Assembly (NCBI GenBank): GCA_030141605.1
Contig: JAQGDQ010000044.1
Coordinates: 620,001-684,000 of the forward strand
Source of the DNA: Tubiluchus corallicola
Taxonomy: Eukaryota > Animalia > Priapulida
Direction: 5' to 3'
Length of the DNA: 64,000 nt
A model generated the notes under the pieces. That model was not told the DNA's origin, searched no databases, and worked only from the letters and a program-made list of their open reading frames with translations. Both the position numbers and the translations under genes were made by a program. Of the stretch, positions 54,877 to 64,000 are shown piece after piece. The first letter of the stretch is position 1. The number at the start of each line of letters is the position of its first letter.

Positions 54877-57800
54877 TCATGCCACGCAAGTTAGTTTATC
54901 AACAGTTTCACGACATTCTTCACATTTTACTTCGCAACACCATTCGAATTTACAATTGCAGCTTGTAAACAGTTGCAGGGTCTGTCGGCGAACTTTCAAA
55001 CCGCAGTTTTTACACAAGGTTTTACAGCTTCGTCTCTCTGATTGTGAAATTTCTTTTCCCTTTCGTTTAGAGCAAAGCCTGCCCGCTGTTCCAACATGTC
55101 CTGTAATTCATTGAAAGCCACATAAATTTGTATTGTGAACTGATACACATTTGTCTTAAAAAAACCCAAGAATGCAGCGACAATAAGATCAAGATTAAGC
55201 TTATAGTTATGAGAACTTTTTTACCTATTCTAAATTTGACAGTACATGTTTACGTCATGATACTTTTATTAATTTAGCAAACTGATAAATGTGCATCAGC
55301 GCTTGGTATTAAAAATAAAATTTATTATGTGAAGAAAGACTTTGTTCATCTAACTGGGCACCAAGTCAAAGGATGTAATAATCATTATGCTATATATGGG
55401 TCGCAGAAACAGAGGCTTAAAAGTTTAGCACCAAAACGCCAAAAGATTGAGTTCAACTAACGAAACGGTTAAACATCTCGCATAAAAAAGCTAAACAAGA
55501 AACTTCATGACCCATTTGTTACTGTCAATGAAAAATGATAGGAATGCTTACAGAAAGCCGCGATTTTGTTTCAATATAAATATATGCATAACCTGTATTC
55601 TGAGGATTACCCACATATCACAATACCGAAAGTAAAGTAAAGTAAAGTAAAGTAAAGTAAAGTAAAGTAAAGTAAAGTAAAGTAAAGTAAAGTAAAGTAA
55701 AGTAAAGTAAAGTAAAGTAAAGTAAAGTAAAGTAAAGTAAAGTAAAGTAAAGTAAAGTAAAGTAAAGTAAAGTAAAGTAAAGTAAAGTAAAGTAAAGTAA
55801 AGTAAAGTAAAGTAAAGTAAAGTAAAGTAAAGTAAAGTAAAGTAAAGTAAAGTAAAGTAAAGTAAAACAAAGTAAGGTAAAGCAAAGCAAAGTAAAGTAA
55901 GGCAAAGTAAAGTAAAGTAAAGTAAAGTAAAGTAAAGTACAGTAAAGTAAAGTAAAGTAAAGTAAAGTAAAGTAAAGTAAAGTAAAGTAAAGTAAAGTAA
56001 AGTAAAGTAAAGTAAAGTAAAGTAAAGTAAAGTAAAGTAAAGTAAAGTAAAGTAAAGTAAAGTAAAGTAAAAGTAAAGTAAAGTAAAGTAAAGTAAAGTA
56101 AAGTAAAGTAAAGTAAAGTAAAGTAAAGTAAAGTAAAGTAAAGTAAAGTAAAGTAAAGTAAAGTAAAGTAAAGTAAAGTAAAGTAAATTAATGTAAAGCA
56201 AAGCAAAGAAAAGCAAAGTAAAGTAAAGCAAAGCAAAGTAAAGTAACACAAAGTAAAGCAAAGCAAAGCAAAATACGGCAAAGTGAAGTAAAGAAAAGTA
56301 AATTAACTTTAAGCAAAATATGGCAAAGTAAAGTAAAGTAAAAATAATGCAAAACAAAGTAAAGCTAAGTATATTGTAAAGTTGTAAAGTTGAGTAAGGT
56401 AAGGTAAAGTTAGACAAAGAAAAATAAATTAAACATCGTACCGGACTTCATACCTTCTGTAATATTAGCTTTGCAATAGTCATGGGATGGTTCCAAATAG
56501 ACGAGACTCCTCCTTTTTAGGGAAGGTATTTCTTCAATACGTCCTGTATTCATCAATTTCAATTCGCCGTTTTTATAGTCAACTTTCACCGCTTTCCAGT
56601 ATCTCTTCTTCAAGTAATCGCCAACTTTCCGGAAATCGGACAACTGCAGCCAACATGTTTGCGTCGAACAACTTCCGGATACGCCGTGGCACTTGCAGGT
56701 TCGTTTTAGAGTATGGCGGACCGCCTGATAACAACAAATTTTGCTCTTTAATCTTGACCATAATCAATGCAAACAAATATTCTAGTAGACGTAAGTTAAA
56801 ACATACTGCAAGAGCAATCTGTATTTCAATTTAGAGATAGCATGTACTTCTACGACCTTCGACACGTGATCAATTGTTTCTTTGGCTGTTGCTGCATTTG
56901 GCCGTTAGGCAACTTTTGCAATCGAGTTTTCTAGTTATTCAGTTTTGTAACAAATAAAAATAAAATTCAACAACAAACAACTTAAAAAATAAATTCAAGC
57001 CAGAAATTCAAAAAATATTATATTTATTAATCAAAGAGGCGTCACTTTAAAATACCTCATCTTTCTTACCAGTAGATAGCACCACGTTATGCATATTACG
57101 CTATTACTAGCGCTGTTTACGTGGTAGAGTCCCCATCTACTAAAATCAGTGTTAAACTAAAAAAGTTAGTACGCCTTTAATTTCAATTATTCATAATTTC
57201 TATTATTACACTTTGCGTTAAGTAGTGAAAATATTCAATTGTGCTTTACTATGTTAATATAAATAAAGGTGTTAAGTGAACTTACTGCTCTCCCTGCTTT
57301 ATTATTGTGCAGATTCATCAAAGCTGTTGCATCTTTCCCAGTTTCCAAAGCGTCTACGAACTGCTTACTTATTTGCTCTCCAAATTTGACATTGTCACTG
57401 CACCCACCCCAAGTCCAGCCCGGAGCTGCTATAACAAAACAAAACACAAAGATGGCAGAAACAAAGTATTAAGAAACAAACTGCGAAGATATTTGACAGG
57501 TAGAATTTTCCATAGATGTAATTTCTAGGTGTCAACTAAACTAAACTAAACTAAACTAAACTAAACTAAACTAAACTAAACTAAACTAAACTAAACTAAA
57601 CTAAACTAAACTAAACTAAACTAAACTAAACTAAACTAAACTAAACTAAACTAAACTAAACTAAACTAAACTAAACTATACTATACTAAATATGGAACTA
57701 TATAATAAAACGCCTTTCAGAGCAAAAATGATCAGTCACGATGTGTTAATACCAAGAGACATCTATATCATACACCTATTCCGAGATTTCAAAGACTATT

Positions 57801-60692
57801 CACTTCAGTTTACACGTCTTTTTGCACAGTTTCGCAACTTGGTAAGACGTCATCTCAAAACGAGTGTGGCGGGACCCGAACTATTCTCACTCATCATCAG
57901 GGATAAGCCTGTACGATGAGACAGTGACCCAGCAAAAATATTCAGTACGTACAATTGCATGCGCGTGTCTTCCTCGAGAAAAGAAATGACTGAATATCGG
58001 CTGTCACCTCTCCATTAACTAACCAGATCTGGCGTTACTTAACCTTGCAGCTAAGCACGCACTGCCGGCCCTGTCTTATTTTCGGAAACATTACAACTTA
58101 AAATTCAGATGTAGTGTTTGTAGTTCTATTTCTAATGAAAGTGTGGTAACGGTGTTTTAGTAAATACAGGTGCGTCTCAAATAATTGTCAAAAATATAAA
58201 TACCTTGGCCTTTGCGCCTGTCATCACAACCGCAGTTTTCAAATTCTCCAGAACTACAGTTTCGGGTCAACGTGTACATAACTCCAGCTGAACTGATGGC
58301 ATGAACAAATGAGGTTTCCCGTGTTGCTGAAAACATTGTTACTGTTTTAGCCGAATAGTCCTTTTTAAAATTATCTAGTGTAAATGTAACGTGATCAAAT
58401 GAGATGTAATACGGCAATTTCATATATAATAGCATCGACGACGATAACGATATGTGATGGTGGAGCTGCTGCTGCTGACGATGTTGATGATGGTGATGGT
58501 AGTGAAGAAAACGAAGGTGACATAATGATGATGATGATTATCCTATGTTGAAAATTGGTGTTTCATATTTGCAAGAGATTAAAAATACTGAAAATGCTGA
58601 ATGCTTATCTACAAAACACTTAATCAGGCCCTATGATGTAGTAATGTAATGTAATATAATGTAATGTAATGTAATGTAATGTAATGCAATGCAATGCAAT
58701 GCAATGCAATGCAATACAATACAACACAATGCAATACAACACAATACAATACAATACAATATAATATAACATAATATAACATAATATAACATAACATAGC
58801 ATAACATAGCATAACATAACATAACATAACACAACACAACATAATATAATATAGTATAATATAATATTTTTACCTGCAGGAACACTGTGAGAATAAAGGG
58901 GTAATGACGATCGAGGACAGTTCCATCTCTCCCAGGCAAACTGATGCTGGCACTCTTCCATCCCAATTTGTGCTCCTGCTGCCACACTCGCAGAAAACGT
59001 CAAATACGCCTGAAAACAAACGGACGAATGAAAACGAAAGAATGAGTGAACGAATGTATTATTGATTCTATGGACGAATGAACGAGTGACTGACTGACTG
59101 ACTGAATGAATGAATGAACGAATGAACGAACGAACGAACGAATGAATGAATGAACGAACGAACGAATGAATGAATGATTGACTGACTGAATGAATGAATG
59201 AATGAATGAATGAATGAATGAATGAATGAATGAATGAATGAATGAATGAATGAATGGAGTCGCCAAAAGAAAGAAAAAAGGAAAAGGAAAATAAAACCAA
59301 TCAATCAGCTAGTAATCAGTCAATCAATTCATAGAAACATCGTTCAGCCTATAAAGCAGTACATTATTAGTCACACAAGCCACAACCAACATTACAAGCT
59401 GCTACACAACGAGAAAGTCTTTTACTAACGTGAAATGATTGTGGCGGGAATGAAATCTCTTCAATATCAAAGATATTTTTTTAAATGAGACACTGAATCA
59501 ACAGGGGTGCCTTGGCCTTAATTGTGCATCCCCCTCAAAAGAAAAGAGCTACTGTAGCATGTGACAGTATACGGGAAATTAAAGTAATAAGAAGCAGATT
59601 TCCTGCCTGTTACTCATCAGGCTCGACGATGCTTAACTTCATAACTAGTCCTGCACCTTGACCATTTAGTTATTTTCTCGGTATAATAGAACAAGTCAAA
59701 AATGAACACCAACGTTTTTCGTACAATTCCTCTGTGAAATCATATCTAACGCTTCGGTAGCTACGTCATTAATTAACTCATTCGAGGGTTAATAAGCCAA
59801 ATTTGCCAGTCGGCTAAAACTCAATAGAGTTGCGGAAATTTTTGTTTGCTATTTGCACCTCGTCGTGTGGCAGGCGCCAATTACCTTATTGTTACACCAT
59901 ACTCGAACACGATTCGAAGTTATTAGCCTAATTCAGCTCCCCTGAAGTTACCGACAAGCGTGTCCAGACTTTGGCTGGTCGGATTTAGAGGCAGTGGTCA
60001 ATAACTAGTATGGACCTAACAGGAGAAGCAAGCATTGCTACTTGTTGAGCAATGTATTTCCGACTTCCGGTGAAGGGGTTAATAACATTTTTTGAAATAA
60101 ATACTCCAACAAAGCTTGTAATCACACAGGAATAGATATTAATCTAAATTAAGTACAGCTTGGAATGTTGCTGTAAGAAAACTTTGGAATTTACTGTTTA
60201 GATCACACAAATACTGTCTTCCTTTTATATGTGATATCGTTCCGCCAGTTAAACAGTTACAGAAACCGTTTGTTAAATTTACCATAGTTGTTTAAATAGT
60301 GAAAATCGCATAGCCAATTTTTTTACACACAATTCTCGATTTCATGGCTCTTGTAATGGGTTATAATTTGTTATCTATTTGTAACGAGTACAAAACTTTT
60401 TACACAAATGAAAATTTTCTTTCTAAAGTTTTTTCCTGTACATGAGATGTAAAAAGTAATGTTAGCAAAGAACAAATACGGACTGTAAATTTCATTACCG
60501 AAGTTACTTGGGCTCTAGAACGTAATTGTTTTAATTTTCTGACAGGAATGAGTTGTACGCCATACTAGCATATCTTACTCTCACTTAACGGTATATATTC
60601 ACATTGCTTACTATTCTTGTTGACTAATGTTATTTTGCTTGTTAATCTGTTTGTTTATTTTATGTGATTGTTCCACGAGTACGAATGAAATG

Positions 60693-60765
<73 letters not shown>

Positions 60766-60806
60766 TGTGTGTGTGTATATATGTGTATATATATATATAT
60801 ATATAT

Positions 60807-60844
<38 letters not shown>

Positions 60845-63800
60845 CTGTTATCTAACACATAAGATTAACGTGAGAAAGAAAGCACGTATAAGAAAGATTT
60901 AGTTTATTTAAGCTTGCTGTTTAAAAAATTAATAAAATCTTCATTAATGTTTGTTAGATTAGGTATGGCTGCACTTGATTTACCCTGCATGCTTATCAGG
61001 CTGTGCTTCACAAATAAATGTGACCAATTACAGAGCATACAGAATATTATGCCGCAGGAATATTGAGCTTCGCTTTTTATTTTATATCTATTTACTCAAC
61101 TTTAAAATCTGACTACAAAACGTCCATAGAAATGTTTTTGTTACCTCTTTTACCTCTAAAATGCTCGTCGTTTGCAGTATCGGAAAACAAAAGTTCTGAA
61201 TTCCTTGTTTTCTGTTTTATTTTCCCCTTTTTGGTGATAATTTTTAGTAATTCATTCCACAGCCTTTTCTAAGAATGTTGATTTATTCTTAATCCGAATA
61301 GTATATCAAACTATCTAAAGAAACGCTAAGTACAAAATAAAGAAAATTACTTTTTTTACACAAAATGTACCATTATTTGTAGTACTCACAACTGAACGTC
61401 TGCCTCTGTAAATACAAATTGCAGAAATTAACTAAAATCATTTTTGTATATTAATCGTTTCTTTAAATTTTTAATCATTTCAAAAGTGCACGAATTTCAG
61501 CTAAGCACTGATCTTTGATAACACATCGTACAGAAAAGTTTTGGCAAATGACAGATGGCACCCTATGAAAAAACGAAAAACCAATATGTATATAAAACTA
61601 GCAAGCAAGCGTAATGAAAGGTCTAATCATTTCATCTTTCAGTTATGCTCCAGAGATTGCTCAAAAGCCGTCCAATGAATTTGGATAAAACGCACTCTGA
61701 CGAAGAGAATAGTTTCAAGTTTAACAACAAACAGCAAATAAACCACTACTGCAAATTCGTGTTCAAGAACAGATCATATTTTTACTTAGGAGACAATCAG
61801 AACAAGAAATAGCAATGGGGCCAAGAAATAACAAACAAAAACAAGAGCACGTTGAACAAGATCGCACAGGACTTAAAATCCCAATATCCTGGTCAATGTA
61901 CTAAAGCTAGACTATGGACGGATGGCTGTATCATGTCCAAACAACAAACCATGAATACATACCGACGTTTAGAGATTATAGTGCATCCGTATTGTCAAGG
62001 TATAATAGGTGATTAACAAGACAATACTTTCCTATCATTACATATTACACGCACCCAATGTGTTATGTTAAACATGATAATCTACCGCGAGATAATCCAG
62101 AGCCTTGAGATTAGCTTAATAAAGGCATAATGCAGAGCAGACAGGTTATGCGGAGTCCATTCAGAATGGGATGGCTTACTGGTTTAAATGGAGTGTTTTC
62201 ATCTTACTTGTGATCCAGTTTATACGGTTGCAATAGGGCACAAAAAGGAACAAATTTTCCCACGAGAATATTTTTGCAAGGAAGTCTTTCGGGAAAAATT
62301 GGCGGTGACTTTCAGCCCGTCTTAAAAATTAGTGCATCACCAAATCATATATTAATAAATATAATAATTAAAAAAGGTATGCCTATGTAAAATTAACTGG
62401 GTCAAATATAGTATAATTCTCATACTTTAAAAGAAGACAGAATGATTTTTCATATTCAAGTACGGTAAAAGTATACATTTTAACACAAATAATACTGCAA
62501 CAGCGTTTCTGATAATTATATAATACATTAAAATCTTAATTAACAACGGGCGAGCCCAACTGTTGATTACATAAAAAACTAACGTAATTTTCAACAGCAA
62601 ATACATTCCACATGAATGGAGTGTTTTCATCTTACTTGTGATCCAGTTTATACGGTTGCAATAGGGCACAAAAAGGAACAAATTTTCCCACGAGAATATT
62701 TTTGCAAGGAAGTCTTTCGGGAAAAATTGGCGGTGACTTTCAGCCCGTCTTAAAAATTAGTGCATCACCAAATCATATATTAATAAATATAATAATTAAA
62801 AAAGGTATGCCTATGTAAAATTAACTGGGTCAAATATAGTATAATTCTCATACTTTAAAAGAAGACAGAATGATTTTTCATATTCAAGTACGGTAAAAGT
62901 ATACATTTTAACACAAATAATACTGCAACAGCGTTTCTGATAATTATATAATACATTAAAATCTTAATTAACAACGGGCGAGCCCAACTGTTGATTACAT
63001 AAAAAACTAACGTAATTTTCAACAGCAAATACATTCCACATGTTGTACGTGTTTGTAAAAGGGAAAATTGAAGTACGGTACTTCTGTATGAGATTCAGTG
63101 TGTTGTATTAAAACTCGGCAAGTTTTAAGATAAAAAAAAGTTCAAATTTCAAGTTTACCGCTGCACTCATGCATGAGCTATCGAACGTGTGTAGTTCGTC
63201 ACAAACTAACACATCTGAACTGAGAAGTACAGGCGCTATTGCCCGTATAACTAGCGTATAGTGAAATGCATGTAACAGCGAAGAACTAGTGTCAAGAACG
63301 TGAAATTGTGTTTGTGTGGTAATAATTCTTTCACGTAAGTCATTTTTGAAAAAAAGTACGTTTCCTTTCAACATTTTAAAGACTGTATTGTTTTGACTTA
63401 AAGTTTAAGATTGGATACGGTTTTGCTTTAAATTCTCTTTCATTTTTATGATTAATACGAAAAATTTTTGAACACTAATAATGCTTAACATTTTATTTTA
63501 CGTTAAAAATATGCCTTCAGTAGATGTGCATTGTGCAAACTTTATAACACATCATAAAGGGGAACAAACGAACAAAACAAAAATCGCTAGTCTGAACAGT
63601 GAACGCCAAATCTGCATTCAGAAGGTACAACAGGCCATACTAGCTAACCTGAGTAAAATCTTAAAAGAATTTTTCCATACATTCAACATTTTCCAATTAT
63701 AATTTAATTGACGTATATATACGCTGCAATTTTATATACAGATTTTTTATATTAATAATTCGTATAAACTTTATTTAAAAGTTTCTAACTCGCAATTGTA

Positions 63801-63897
63801 GTGGCTTTTATGTTAACTAAACTTGCATGTTTTGTATTTGTAAAAAACGCACAAATTTCTCACCTTGGGACCAGTCATCAGGAAATTGTTCACCGTC
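54877..63897 (-). CDS. Wnt8: Wnt8 ligand (first, signal-peptide exon lies beyond the right edge)
   Basis: Exons 63897-63864 ([11 protein letters not shown]), 59009-58874 ([32 protein letters not shown]), 58326-58204 ([25 protein letters not shown]), 57428/57425-57286 ([10 protein letters not shown]), 56724-56454 ([16 protein letters not shown]), 55100-54877 ([16 protein letters not shown]...CVA*). The N-terminal motifs are characteristic of Wnt8. Confidence 0.95.
55629..56411. repeat. (AAGTA)n microsatellite, decaying rightwards, in a Wnt8 intron
   Basis: Direct reading; explains the YFTLL ORFs. Confidence 0.97.
57535..57678. repeat. (AAACT)n microsatellite
   Basis: Direct reading. Confidence 0.97.
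58640..58866. repeat. Compound pentanucleotide microsatellite (AATGT, AATGC, AATAC, AATAT, AACAT)
   Basis: Direct reading; abuts a Wnt8 donor. Confidence 0.93.
59086..59255. repeat. (AATG/AACG/ACTG)n microsatellite
   Basis: Direct reading. Confidence 0.95.
60693..60842. repeat. (AT)n/(GT)n microsatellite
   Basis: Direct reading. Confidence 0.95.
62187..63042. repeat. 428-bp tandem duplication, apparently identical copies
   Basis: 62187-62614 repeated at 62615-63042. Confidence 0.92.
62872..63432 (+). repeat. Unclassified interspersed repeat, copy 3
   Basis: Homologous to 34393-34985 and 48818-49380. Confidence 0.85.
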
Positions 63898-64000
63898 CTA
63901 AAAATAAAAACAAATAGATTATTTGTTTTAGGTGTAAATTATTTGCGCATTTCTTGTGTTAAAAATGTCGTGTTAGCTAGTATGCATGACATTGAATTGA

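Noticed and set aside
59608-59640. Minus-strand CTGATGA...GAAA hammerhead candidate (also CTGATGA near 48234 and CTGACGA near 48787)
   Set aside because: No stem II pairing, or no GAAA at a suitable distance.

Overview
AT-rich, intron-containing invertebrate animal DNA; most long ORFs in the track are microsatellite artefacts. Left to right: (1) the 5' end of a minus-strand secreted-protein gene whose start codon is split by an intron; (2) a disrupted 5S rDNA tandem array (3.2-8.4 kb and 16.6-18.2 kb) in which each spacer also carries a degenerate second 5S 3' half, interrupted by a BEL/Pao gag-protease remnant, a TSD-flanked retroposon tail, a 17-bp satellite and an LTR-like element; (3) between the array halves, a Gly/Tyr-rich secreted protein gene, a LINE remnant, diverged antisense 5S-like copies and an orphan C-type lectin exon; (4) three six-exon CYP2-clan cytochrome P450 genes (two intact, the middle one broken in exon 3), the first two head-to-head; (5) a small multi-exon gene for a 93-aa secreted peptide with 10 Cys in the mature region, absent from the ORF track; (6) Wnt8 on the minus strand, with its first exon beyond the right edge. 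MITEs, hAT/Tc1/LINE remnants, minisatellites and microsatellites fill the introns. All gene models and coordinates were derived by hand and may be off by a few bases; no database searches were run.
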